A stretch of DNA of 64,000 nt from a virus, in IMG/VR virus record IMGVR_UViG_3300025949_000019, positions 1 through 64,000 of that record, one strand, 5' to 3'. Below are positions 16,191 through 25,147 of this stretch, in pieces; the first letter of the stretch is position 1, and the number at the start of each line of letters is the position of its first letter. A program made the position numbers and the translations under genes. The notes under the pieces were generated by a model. The model had not been told where the DNA came from and did not search any database. It worked only from the letters and a program-made list of their open reading frames with translations.

Positions 16191-16625
16191 ATGAAAAGAG
16201 AAGACTTAGAAGAACTGATTATCAATCTGGCCAGCAAGGAACATGGAGTCACTGGCGGTCAGCCTGTGTTTGAATTTGCATGGCAAATTATTGATATCCT
16301 AGAGCAATATCAATTTGAAGTTACGTATGCAAGGGACTTCATTCCAGACAGTGCGGAATTCGATTCTGATAAAGTCTGGCTGACATTCACCGCTTCCGAT
16401 AGCAACAAGAAGCTTTATAGTCTGTTCATGGTGACTGGTGACGTAGATGATCAGGAAGCAATCACCGTTTTCTACCAAATCGGCAACGCTTACGAATCGC
16501 TCGATCCTGTTAGGGAAACTCATTTTTCCGACTTGGACAAAATGCATTTCCTCCTGCAATTAAGGAAGAACATTCTAGAATTTCATTTGCCGAATGATGA
16601 ATCTTTGCCGGTTATCGTTCGGTAG
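16191..16625 (+). CDS. hypothetical protein
   Basis: 144-aa ORF abutting the upstream stop. Confidence 0.65.
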   Translation: MKREDLEELIINLASKEHGVTGGQPVFEFAWQIIDILEQYQFEVTYARDFIPDSAEFDSDKVWLTFTASDSNKKLYSLFMVTGDVDDQEAITVFYQIGNAYESLDPVRETHFSDLDKMHFLLQLRKNILEFHLPNDESLPVIVR

Positions 16626-16627
16626 GG

Positions 16628-16656
16628 TTGACATTTCAATGCCAATCTGCTATAGT
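16628..16656 (+). promoter_or_regulatory. sigma70 promoter
   Basis: TTGACA-17-TATAGT with extended -10 TG. Confidence 0.8.
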
Positions 16657-16702
16657 GTTTTGTATTGTACTGTGAAAGTTTAACATAGGAGAAGACTACA
16701 TT

Positions 16703-17137
16703 ATGTCTAGAAAAAAGATGAAAAAGGCTCGACCATTCGAGAATCTAATGCTGTTCATGTTGCATGGAGAACCTGTTACCAAGGATGAGGTGGCGGATTC
16801 GTTGGGTTGGAATGCGCCGAGAGGTTCGGGTGTAGCCGGTCCTAAGATTTACAACATTTCGTCTTATATTTGGGATATCAAGAATATTCCGCAGGTTGAT
16901 GGACGTTCAATTGTAGTTCGCTCGATTCGTGACGGTAAGAAGGTTACCGCATATCAGATTGTAAATATTGATGATGCGAAAGCATGGCTCGTCAAGCGAG
17001 AACTGTTGAAAGAAGCAACGCCTTCGGTTGAAGTCATTCTTCCGCCGGAGAATCTTCCGGTTGAGACTCCGTTAATCAAACCGATCAAAACGACTAATAA
17101 CAAAAAGAAAGTAACCAAAAAGAAAGAGACTATCTAA
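16703..17137 (+). CDS. hypothetical basic protein, possible winged HTH
   Basis: SD AGGAG; PVTKDEVA...ISSYIWDIK helix pattern. Confidence 0.65.
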   Translation: MSRKKMKKARPFENLMLFMLHGEPVTKDEVADSLGWNAPRGSGVAGPKIYNISSYIWDIKNIPQVDGRSIVVRSIRDGKKVTAYQIVNIDDAKAWLVKRELLKEATPSVEVILPPENLPVETPLIKPIKTTNNKKKVTKKKETI

Positions 17138-17141
17138 GAAC

Positions 17142-17498
17142 ATGTCAATCTCATTCGAAAAAGGTGATAAGGTACTTGTCATCCTGCCGGGCGCTCCCGA
17201 GCATCTTATGACAGTGAAAATTATCAAACCCATGGGACCCGTCTATCTAAATCTGATGGGCATCCAGTGCAAATTCGAGCGTTCATGTCTAGTTGACGTT
17301 CCGAATGTTGGCTTCCTAGATCAAGATACTGGGCAACCAATCGTCTACCCTGCGGAGTTTTTGTTCTATGCGAAACCGCCGGTAGCATTTGAGCGATCAT
17401 CTTGGGAAGATTTCGACAAGATGATTTTAGAAGTTCAAGAAACTACGTCTTCCAACACGATCAAAAATGGAGTTCAGAGTAATGGCCAAGAATTGTAA
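17142..17498 (+). CDS. hypothetical protein
   Basis: FEKGDKV SH3/KOW-like start. Confidence 0.6.
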   Translation: MSISFEKGDKVLVILPGAPEHLMTVKIIKPMGPVYLNLMGIQCKFERSCLVDVPNVGFLDQDTGQPIVYPAEFLFYAKPPVAFERSSWEDFDKMILEVQETTSSNTIKNGVQSNGQEL

Positions 17499-17733
17499 TC
17501 AATGTCAATTTTATGTTGAAAAGCTGTATTCGAAGAACGACCGCCTTCCCGACTCTCGTTGCACTCATAACAGTGCAGTTTTGGGTAAGGATGAGGATGG
17601 AAAGGTTGTTTCGTGGCTGCTAGTCACTGAAGCTAGAAGCCCGCTCCCCGACGAAAAGAAGCATGGAATGGCCCCTTGGGGACCCATTCCGTGCGGTCCA
17701 AAAGGACTTTATTTCAAGGGGAAGACAGCATGA
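17482..17733 (+). CDS. hypothetical Cys-rich protein
   Basis: CNQC...C...CGP.G.YF; SD GGAG. Confidence 0.6.
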   Translation: MAKNCNQCQFYVEKLYSKNDRLPDSRCTHNSAVLGKDEDGKVVSWLLVTEARSPLPDEKKHGMAPWGPIPCGPKGLYFKGKTA

Positions 17734-17945
17734 TTTGGGGTAAGACAGCAGCAGAACGACGCGCAGATAGAGAAAGATTTTTGAATTGGCATAAATGGTT
17801 TGCCTGGCATCCAATCTCACTAGATGAAGGTGAACATGCTGGAAGGATAGTCTGGCTAGATGTTGTGGAGAGAAAGCCCGTGAGTAGAGTGTTAGATGAT
17901 ATTTTCTTCTATCGTCTACCGCAGGAGAAAGAATCTCCTAAATAA
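17730..17945 (+). CDS. hypothetical protein
   Basis: WHKWFAWHP...VWL motif; coupled start. Confidence 0.65.
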   Translation: MIWGKTAAERRADRERFLNWHKWFAWHPISLDEGEHAGRIVWLDVVERKPVSRVLDDIFFYRLPQEKESPK

Positions 17946-17953
17946 TCTTTTCT

Positions 17954-17978
17954 CGAAGCCCGCATTTTGCGGGCTTCG
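17954..17978 (+). terminator. GC-rich hairpin, probable terminator between early and late units
   Basis: CGAAGCCCGCA-TTT-TGCGGGCTTCG, short U tract, followed by CTAAATA. Confidence 0.55.
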
Positions 17979-18024
17979 TTGCATCTAAATACTGCCTGTA
18001 AGAATTAACAAACAGGAGTATAAT

Positions 18025-18282
18025 GTGCCAACATACAATTTCAGGCAAAAAGAAACAGGTGAGGTAATAGAGAAGGTAATGAAGTTTTCGGAAAGAGATG
18101 AATGGATTGCTGCAAACCCTGATTATGAACAAGTGCATATTCAAATGCCTAATATCGGTGATCCGATCAGACTAGGTATAACAAAACCCCCTTCAGATTT
18201 TCAGAAACACATTATCGGCAAAGTTGCGTCAATGCATGGAGCAGACGTGCAATCTAAGTTTGGAATTCCAAAAGAATGGTAG
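18025..18282 (+). CDS. FmdB-like small protein
   Basis: MPTYNF...TGE..E motif; SD AGGAG, GTG start. Confidence 0.7.
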   Translation: MPTYNFRQKETGEVIEKVMKFSERDEWIAANPDYEQVHIQMPNIGDPIRLGITKPPSDFQKHIIGKVASMHGADVQSKFGIPKEW

Positions 18283-18291
18283 GTAAAAATC

Positions 18292-19146
18292 ATGTCAGCA
18301 AAAGTAGCAAAATTATTTTCGAAAGTATTTCCATATTCGAGAGATGAAGATGATATCATCCCAACTCTGGAAGACGAAGTTGCTAGGCCCGAAGAAACAG
18401 TAACAACCACAAAACAAGAGGACCAGCCGCATATGTCCAGCAAAAAGAAACACCACGGCAGTAACATCGGTAAGTTCCACCTTAAGAATGTAAAACCATA
18501 CACATTCACCCAAGAAGAAGTTTTCAAAGCCTTCATGAGTGGTGGAAATCTGATGCTTCACGGTATTGCAGGAACAGGTAAGACATTCATTGCAATGTAC
18601 CTTGCTCTAAAGGAAGTCGAAAGATATCAGTTAGAGTATGACAAAGTTATCGTGATTCGTTCTGGTGTTCCTTCGCGTGATCTTGGATATCTACCTGGTT
18701 CGGTAGACGAAAAGGCTGCTGTCTACGAATGCCCATATGAAGAAATCGCATGTAAGCTATATGAACGTGGTGATGCATATGACGTTCTAAAAGCACATGG
18801 GAAAATCGAATTCATGACAACATCTTTTCTTCGTGGTATCACACTAGAAAGGTGTATTGTCATCGTTGACGAAATTCAAAATATGACATATGGGGAACTA
18901 TCCACGATCATTACCAGAATGGGTGATCGTTGCCGTGTTATATTCTGTGGAGACTTCAGACAAACAGACCTTTTCAGAACAAAGGAAAGGGATGGACTGA
19001 AGCACTTCTTGAATATTATCGATAGAATGCCGGAATTCTCGTTTCACGAATTCAATGCTACCGACATTGTGAGAAGCAAGCTAGTAAAATCATTCATTAT
19101 TGAGGAAGCTGAATATCGTGATACCCACCCAGAATTCGACTATTAA
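18292..19146 (+). CDS. phoH: PhoH-family ATPase
   Basis: GIAGTGKT, LGYLPG, FLRGIT, DEIQN, TRMG, GDFRQTD, DIVRS. Confidence 0.95.
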   Translation: MSAKVAKLFSKVFPYSRDEDDIIPTLEDEVARPEETVTTTKQEDQPHMSSKKKHHGSNIGKFHLKNVKPYTFTQEEVFKAFMSGGNLMLHGIAGTGKTFIAMYLALKEVERYQLEYDKVIVIRSGVPSRDLGYLPGSVDEKAAVYECPYEEIACKLYERGDAYDVLKAHGKIEFMTTSFLRGITLERCIVIVDEIQNMTYGELSTIITRMGDRCRVIFCGDFRQTDLFRTKERDGLKHFLNIIDRMPEFSFHEFNATDIVRSKLVKSFIIEEAEYRDTHPEFDY

Positions 19147-19885
19147 ACCAGAAAGGACGTTTACATTCCACCCCGATTTCAAAGATTGGGGTGGAGTTGT
19201 TTATCAGGAAGAAACAGTAAATGGTAAAAGACACTACACCATAAATGGCGTTGCATATCCATCGATAACGACAGTCCTATCCTACGATCCCCTGAAGAAA
19301 GAAATCCTTCGAAGATGGAGAAAACGAGTTGGTGAAGTGGCTGCTGAACAGATCAGGGTTAACAGTTCTGTCAGGGGAAAATCACTCCACAAGCTATGTG
19401 AAGACTATCTCCAAAAACACGAAGCAGTCATATCAACCTATGAGGAACGAGAGAATTTCTTCAAGGTCAAACCTGTCATAGAACAGAACATCGGTCAAAT
19501 CTACTGTATTGAAACAGCACTTTTCTCAGACAGCCTTGGTGTAGCTGGTAGATGTGACTTGATTGCGGAATGGAATGTCGATGGTGCTATCGTACCGGCG
19601 GTTATTGACTTCAAGACAAGCACAAGGACTAAATACAGAAAGGACATTTACAATTACTTCATTCAGGGAGCAGCCTACGCAAGGATGTTTCGTGACATGA
19701 CTGGAATTGAAGTTCCGAAGGTCGTCATCGTGATGGCTTCTGAGGAAGTCAAGGATTGTCAGGTTTTTGTTGAAAATACATTAGATTGGAATGACGCCCT
19801 AGATAAAGCAATAACAACATATAGGGAAAACGTCAATGTCACTAACAAAGAAACTCCTAGCTATAATAGCCTTCGTGGGATTTAG
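19100..19885 (+). CDS. PD-(D/E)XK exonuclease of T4-like phages (start uncertain)
   Basis: YPSITTVL, RGKSLH, AGRCD, IDFKTS, YFIQ..AY. Confidence 0.85.
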   Translation: MRKLNIVIPTQNSTIKPERTFTFHPDFKDWGGVVYQEETVNGKRHYTINGVAYPSITTVLSYDPLKKEILRRWRKRVGEVAAEQIRVNSSVRGKSLHKLCEDYLQKHEAVISTYEERENFFKVKPVIEQNIGQIYCIETALFSDSLGVAGRCDLIAEWNVDGAIVPAVIDFKTSTRTKYRKDIYNYFIQGAAYARMFRDMTGIEVPKVVIVMASEEVKDCQVFVENTLDWNDALDKAITTYRENVNVTNKETPSYNSLRGI

Positions 19886-20201
19886 TTCCTTTGCTTATTC
19901 TACACCACCAGAAGACCCAGTTATGAACGTCAAATCTATCATGAAATGCTCTAGCATAGAGTATGCAGTAAACTTGATAGAAAAGGAATATGGTGAATTT
20001 CCGGTTTTTGTTTCTGACTATGATCCAGAAGATAACAGTCAGGATATTCTATTCTGGAATAAAAGAACAAAGACATTTTCAATGATAGAAATGAGAATGG
20101 TGAAACAGGCTGATGGCAAGACAGAAAAGCAAATGGCTTGTATGATTGCAACAGGAACCATGAAATTTGACTTGAAAGCACTGGCTGACAGAAGAAGCTA
20201 A
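19836..20201 (+). CDS. hypothetical exported protein
   Basis: Signal-peptide-like N-terminus; C...YGE.P...N..T.TFS...C. Confidence 0.7.
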   Translation: MSLTKKLLAIIAFVGFSSFAYSTPPEDPVMNVKSIMKCSSIEYAVNLIEKEYGEFPVFVSDYDPEDNSQDILFWNKRTKTFSMIEMRMVKQADGKTEKQMACMIATGTMKFDLKALADRRS

Positions 20202-20243
20202 TATAAACACATTTGCCAGTATTTTAGCAGCATAAATAGTATA

Positions 20244-20585
20244 ATGGTGTAGCTGTAAAGAATGGTTGTAAACTTGCATGAAAGAACGCTCGGAACACGC
20301 GGGTTCGACTCCCGCCATCTCCACCAAAGAATTTTCGCATTAGCGGCAGCCAATAGAAGAAGGCCGGGGAATATAAGCTGAGAATTCTTTAGTGGGGATG
20401 TAACGGATATCGACTCTGAGTAAGTATGTCATATAAGCAACCCGTGAATCGCTCACGTTAAACAGAGAAAAAACAAAATTTAATCGCAAATGATGAAAAT
20501 TTTGATCTAGCTCTTGCTGCGTAATTAGCAGTAAGGTAAGCCGGGGTTTTGGGAGATGAACCTAGCAACAGAATCATCTCCCATT
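20244..20585 (+). ncRNA. ssrA: circularly permuted (two-piece) tmRNA
   Basis: Acceptor piece ends GCGGGTTCGACTCCCGCCATCTCCACCA (20326); self-paired spacer 20327-20393; coding piece starts GGGGATG (20394, G3:U70 with CATCTCC); tag ORF 20486-20524 = ANDENFDLALAA*; terminal hairpin 20550-20583. Outer ends approximate. Confidence 0.92.
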
Positions 20586-20614
20586 TTCATTTATACGGAG
20601 AGAAAGGCTATTCA

Positions 20615-21292
20615 ATGCAAAAAACGATGATTTGTTTAATCCTAGACCGCAGCGGTTCAATGGCAGGTCTACAGCGTGATGTGATTGGTGGTGTGAATAC
20701 ATTTATCGCAGAACAAAAGAAACTTCCAGACCCAGCAATTCTAACTGCGGTCCGTTTCGATTCAAATGGTTTTGGTTATGGTAATCTCAATACAGTAAAT
20801 ATTGAGCGTTTCATTTCTATGAAAAATCTTCAAGAAGTAAATTCCCTGACTGAAAGTGATTTCGTGCCTCGTGGCGGTACTCCATTGTTGGATGCAATTG
20901 GAGAAACCATCCTGAAGCTTGATCATGATTGGCAGGAATATCATCCCGATAAATGCATCGTCGTGATCTATACTGATGGTCAAGAAAACTCGTCAGTCAA
21001 GTTCACAAGGCCGCAGATCAAACAATTGATCGAAGCACGTCAGGGAACCGGAAAGTGGGCATTCCTATTCCTAGGTGCAAACATCGATGCAGTTGGTGAA
21101 GCCACTTCGATGGGAATCTGGGCGCAGAATGCAGCTCAGTACACAAATGATGGTATTGGTCTTCGAGCAGCATATTCAACTACTTCAGCAACAGTCTCAG
21201 CAATGAGGTCAACTGGCTCAACAATGGCTGATTGGGGTGGAGAAATCAAAGCTGCTATTGAAAAAACAGAGGAAAAGGCAGACAGCAAGTAA
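20615..21292 (+). CDS. von Willebrand factor A domain protein
   Basis: MIDAS DRSGSM, GGTPL.DA, YTDGQEN; the track start at 20549 lies inside tmRNA. Confidence 0.9.
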   Translation: MQKTMICLILDRSGSMAGLQRDVIGGVNTFIAEQKKLPDPAILTAVRFDSNGFGYGNLNTVNIERFISMKNLQEVNSLTESDFVPRGGTPLLDAIGETILKLDHDWQEYHPDKCIVVIYTDGQENSSVKFTRPQIKQLIEARQGTGKWAFLFLGANIDAVGEATSMGIWAQNAAQYTNDGIGLRAAYSTTSATVSAMRSTGSTMADWGGEIKAAIEKTEEKADSK

Positions 21293-21303
21293 TAATAGAG
21301 TCA

Positions 21304-21339
21304 TAGGCTTCGCTGGGTGTGCCTAATCCAAAAACACCC
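21304..21339 (+). promoter_or_regulatory. H-type RNA pseudoknot in intergenic leader
   Basis: S1 TAGGC/GCCTA, S2 GGGTGT/ACACCC, A-rich loop ATCCAAAA, followed by a pyrimidine tract. Confidence 0.55.
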
Positions 21340-21370
21340 TCTTTTCTTTTTCTAAAAAGGCGAACGAATA

Positions 21371-21970
21371 ATGGTCAAATTTCTAATGACAACCATTATT
21401 ATGTTGTTAGCTGGAATTTTGACATGTTTAGTTTTTCTGATCATAAGCGAAAATAGGCATCCATCTCCAGTTAATATGAAAGAAGTCGCACCAGTTAGGA
21501 AGTTGTACAACGTATCGTATTCAAATCAAAATCTTAGTTGTCTCTCTGAAGCCATCTTTAATGAAGCTGGCACGGAGCCGATGATTGGAAAGGAAGCTGT
21601 TGGTATTGTTATCATGAATCGAGCAGAACAGAAGGGAACACAAAACATCTGTTCTATTGTGCATGAATCCAGAGTTGTGAATGGTGTTAGAATATGTCAA
21701 TTTTCCTATTACTGTCTACCAGCTAACAGGCGATTGGCACCAACATCTGGAACAAATTGGGCTGAATCTGTTTTCATCGCAGTAAAGATTCTAAATAACA
21801 AGTTGAACGATGGTGCAGAATTATTGGTAGCAAATGCAACACACTTCCATGCAGACTATGTTCATCCTGCATGGACAAGAGACATGAAGTTTTTGAGTAA
21901 AATTGGAACACATCTATTTTATGCAGAGGAAAATCAAAATGAAAAAGTCCTTACTATTGGCAGCAATTAG
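21371..21970 (+). CDS. SleB/Hydrolase_2 cell wall hydrolase with N-terminal membrane anchor
   Basis: CL..AIFNEA.E...GK.AV..VIMNR, CQFS, ATHFHADYV.P.W, IGTHLFY. Confidence 0.9.
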   Translation: MVKFLMTTIIMLLAGILTCLVFLIISENRHPSPVNMKEVAPVRKLYNVSYSNQNLSCLSEAIFNEAGTEPMIGKEAVGIVIMNRAEQKGTQNICSIVHESRVVNGVRICQFSYYCLPANRRLAPTSGTNWAESVFIAVKILNNKLNDGAELLVANATHFHADYVHPAWTRDMKFLSKIGTHLFYAEENQNEKVLTIGSN

Positions 21971-22217
21971 TGTTGTCGTCCTATCTTTGCCAGTCATTGG
22001 TGCCGTAGCAGAAAAACCTGTCGCAAAACTGGAAGTTATGCCAGTTGCAGATCAGATCAAGGTCGACAAGGCTACTGACGAAGCAAAGAAAGCTGCTGAA
22101 AAGAGAGCAGCATTCGAAAAGAAGAAGCGAGACTACATTGAAGGAATGAGAAAGGCAGAAAGAGCATCAAAGGTTGGTAAAGATAATCAAGAAAAGAAAG
22201 ATGTGCCAACAAAGTAG
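21939..22217 (+). CDS. hypothetical exported protein
   Basis: MKKSLLLAAISVVVL signal peptide; SD GAGGA. Confidence 0.65.
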   Translation: MKKSLLLAAISVVVLSLPVIGAVAEKPVAKLEVMPVADQIKVDKATDEAKKAAEKRAAFEKKKRDYIEGMRKAERASKVGKDNQEKKDVPTK

Positions 22218-22237
22218 TTCAAGAAGTGATACAATAT

Positions 22238-22275
22238 TGGGTGAGGTCGGGTCTTTTCCGCCTCACCCATTTTTC
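22238..22275 (+). terminator. intrinsic terminator
   Basis: TGGGTGAGG...CCTCACCCA followed by TTTTT. Confidence 0.7.
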
Positions 22276-22295
22276 GTTTTGGAGAGGTAAAAAGA

Positions 22296-23342
22296 ATGCA
22301 AATAATCAATGATCCGAAGCTAGACTTCAAGGATGTTCTGATCATGCCGAAGGTTTCGACACTTGGTTCTAGAAGTGATGTAAATATCAATAGAGAGTTT
22401 CAATACATCGATTTAGCTGGAAACAAAAGACATTTCACCTGTGTTCCAATCATTGCATCCAACATGGATGGGGTTGGAACATTCTCAATGGCAAAATCTA
22501 TATCTGCACATGGTTGTCTAACTGCAATCTGTAAACATGAACCACTAGAAAAGTGGAATTCACTTCCAAATTATACACTCCCGATTCTATCAATGGGAAG
22601 AACTGATGGTCGTGAACTACTGAAAATTAGAGATTGGATGGACAATAATTGGTGTTGGGGTCTTCCAAAAGTTTGCATTGACGTTGCAAATGGATATAGC
22701 GAAGATTTCATAGAATTTGTTTCGATGGCACGAGAAATACTTCCAATTCACACATTCATAATTGCAGGTAATGTTGTGACACCAAGCCAAACAGAAAGAT
22801 TAATCCTGGCAGGTGCAAATGCAGTCAAGGTTGGCATCGGCTCTGGGTCTGTCTGCACTACAAGAAAAGTAACTGGTGTTGGTTATCCACAATTATCCGC
22901 AATCATGGAATGTGCAGATGCAGCACACGGAATGAATGGTTTTGTTGTTTCTGATGGTGGCTGTCAAGTTCCCGGCGATGTTTGCAAAGCATTTGGGGCT
23001 GGTGCAGACTTCGTTATGTTGGGAGGAATGTTAGCGGGGCATGATGAATCGGAAATCCACGAAGATGTTATTAAATTTCATGGCTCATCATCAAAGGCGG
23101 CTCAAACTAGAGATGGAAAAGAACTAGCAGAATACAGGTCCTCGGAAGGAAAGGAAGTTGAAATTAAGTATCGTGGACCAGTAGAACACACAATAAAGCA
23201 CATTCTCGGCGGTCTAAGATCATGCTGTACTTATTGTGGTGCTAGGAAATTAAAAGAACTGAGCAAAAGAACCACGTTTGTTCGCGTCTATAATGGTGCA
23301 CAATATAACACTGTCTTTGGTGACAGCAACGAGGTAACCTAA
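22296..23342 (+). CDS. guaC: GMP reductase
   Basis: KLDFKDVLI.PK.STL.SRS.V, IDVANGYSE, KVGIGSGSVCTTR, SDGGC..PGD, YRSSEGK, LKELSKRTTFVRV. Confidence 0.93.
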   Translation: MQIINDPKLDFKDVLIMPKVSTLGSRSDVNINREFQYIDLAGNKRHFTCVPIIASNMDGVGTFSMAKSISAHGCLTAICKHEPLEKWNSLPNYTLPILSMGRTDGRELLKIRDWMDNNWCWGLPKVCIDVANGYSEDFIEFVSMAREILPIHTFIIAGNVVTPSQTERLILAGANAVKVGIGSGSVCTTRKVTGVGYPQLSAIMECADAAHGMNGFVVSDGGCQVPGDVCKAFGAGADFVMLGGMLAGHDESEIHEDVIKFHGSSSKAAQTRDGKELAEYRSSEGKEVEIKYRGPVEHTIKHILGGLRSCCTYCGARKLKELSKRTTFVRVYNGAQYNTVFGDSNEVT

Positions 23343-23579
23343 TTGCCAACAAAAGAAGAAAAAAACAAGTTCTATCATGAGATAGAGAAGATCGTAATTG
23401 AGACCAATGGCGAACTAAACTGGATCGAAGCTATTACTCATTACTGTGAAAAGACTGGTATGGAAATAGAAGTTGCTTCCACACTAGTAGGCGACAAACT
23501 CAAGAAAAAACTAACTGAGGTTGCACTTGAGAAAAACTACCTAAAGAAGAATGGAAATGGAAGACTTAAAAATGTCTAA
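23343..23579 (+). CDS. gp33: late transcription co-activator, T4 gp33-like
   Basis: F..EIEKIV...IEAI..YCE...EIE....L....KKKL..A...NYL; position upstream of gp59/gp32. Confidence 0.8.
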   Translation: MPTKEEKNKFYHEIEKIVIETNGELNWIEAITHYCEKTGMEIEVASTLVGDKLKKKLTEVALEKNYLKKNGNGRLKNV

Positions 23580-24000
23580 TAGTGAAATTATCAAAGAATT
23601 GATGGATGAATATGATTTACAAACTCCAGAACAAAAGAAAGAATCAGAAAAGCTAGTTAGCGAAGAAATGCTACCATTTGTTTTACACTTCTTTTCGAAA
23701 ATGGTTCACAAAAATAACGTTGATCATGGATTTTGGGAAGATGGTTACGAAACAAGAAACAAGTCAGAAATGCTGATGCTAATGGTTACCGAATTAGCCG
23801 AGGCTTGCGAAGGTCTCCGACATGGAAATCCACCAGATGATCATCTACCACAATATCCAACGGCAGGTGTCGAATTAGCTGATTGTGTGATCAGAATCCT
23901 AGATTATTGTGCTGCATTCGATATTCCAATTGGAGAAATTATTGCTGCAAAGCATGACTATAACACCAAGAGACCATACAAGCATGGAAAACAATTCTAA
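23572..24000 (+). CDS. MazG-like NTP pyrophosphohydrolase
   Basis: TELAEACE...ELAD..IRILD, K..YN..RPYKHGK. Confidence 0.85.
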   Translation: MSNSEIIKELMDEYDLQTPEQKKESEKLVSEEMLPFVLHFFSKMVHKNNVDHGFWEDGYETRNKSEMLMLMVTELAEACEGLRHGNPPDDHLPQYPTAGVELADCVIRILDYCAAFDIPIGEIIAAKHDYNTKRPYKHGKQF

Positions 24001-24538
24001 GCAAATAGATCGATTAGTGGACTTTTTAGAGATAGTGTTACCTGAGTATGACGTATCGCTAGACAAACTTGAGAAATTGTTTAGAAAGCGCGAACTGAAA
24101 GAAGGCCGATGCGGCGAATATTTTGTATCAAGGCTCACTGGCGTACCTCTATGGGAAAAACGAAATCAAGAAGCTACTGACCTTATAAATGGCGTATCAG
24201 TTAAATTACGCATAGCAACTTTATTATCAAATGGCATAGGAAAAACAGCAGCCTACAAAGCTGATTTTGACTATAATCCAGAGCATGTAATCAATGAAGC
24301 TTATGGATTGACAGGAATTGCGTACATAAATTGGTTTCCTGTGACTGACAAAATGACGTATGCATTTATAAGCCGAGATGATTTGTTACAATGCCCAAAC
24401 AAAAACGGCTACATTAAGGTTAGGCAAGATCATGGTGGTAATTTCACATCGGAGTGGATTGCTAATTTTGCTTCGACAGATAGAGAAGTTTTACTAGGTG
24501 CCGGAGTGCCCACAACTTATGGAGCATTGCTTGTTTAG
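23984..24538 (+). CDS. hypothetical protein, possible PD-(D/E)XK-like endonuclease
   Basis: G..GE...TD....VSVK pattern; overlaps both neighbours. Confidence 0.5.
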   Translation: MENNSKQIDRLVDFLEIVLPEYDVSLDKLEKLFRKRELKEGRCGEYFVSRLTGVPLWEKRNQEATDLINGVSVKLRIATLLSNGIGKTAAYKADFDYNPEHVINEAYGLTGIAYINWFPVTDKMTYAFISRDDLLQCPNKNGYIKVRQDHGGNFTSEWIANFASTDREVLLGAGVPTTYGALLV

Positions 24539-25058
24539 CGGATACGAAGCCTGCAAGATATGGTGTGCCGCAAAAGCCCATTACAACTCAGACAGCTATG
24601 ATATTCTAAAATACGGCTGGTCGTTTGATATGTCAGAAGAATCTTTCCGTCTAAGAAAAGATCGCTTCACATTCGAACGTCTTGCTAGAGAATACGAATC
24701 CGAAGCTGTATTCAAGCAAGCAGTTGGTTTCTATCTGTATGACAATCCAAAGGCTTATATTCGCGGCTTAGTCAGACCCAATCCACAAGTTGATTCTGCT
24801 CTAAGTCGCTTTGCAAATCTCTACGAGAATTTCAGGCTTGACTACATTGAATTTTTGAACAAAGGAAATGTTCTAGATAGATTGATTCAATGCGATATCT
24901 CTCCAGAGGGCGCCTGTATGATAATGGATTACTTCAACATGTTGGAAATTCCAGCGCCATTAGACAAAATCAGAGTAACCGCTTTATTGCCGAAGTACAA
25001 TGCCTTTATTGGTTATGATAAAGGCAAAGCTGCACAAATAGTCAACTCTTTCGCCTAA
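24531..25058 (+). CDS. gp59: helicase loader, T4 gp59-like
   Basis: GYEA.K...A.KAH...SYD..KY, F..RKDR..F..LA; TTG start with SD GGAG; sits before gp32. Confidence 0.85.
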   Translation: MFSGYEACKIWCAAKAHYNSDSYDILKYGWSFDMSEESFRLRKDRFTFERLAREYESEAVFKQAVGFYLYDNPKAYIRGLVRPNPQVDSALSRFANLYENFRLDYIEFLNKGNVLDRLIQCDISPEGACMIMDYFNMLEIPAPLDKIRVTALLPKYNAFIGYDKGKAAQIVNSFA

Positions 25059-25147
25059 CTGTACATAAATAGTGTGACATAATGAGAAGTACATTTGAAT
25101 AAGAGAAAACTATACATCGTTTATACAAACTACAGGAGAATATACAA

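Noticed and set aside
20079-20327. Minus-strand ORF MVEMAGVEPAC...
   Set aside because: Typical translation artefact of the reverse complement of a tmRNA/tRNA 3' end.
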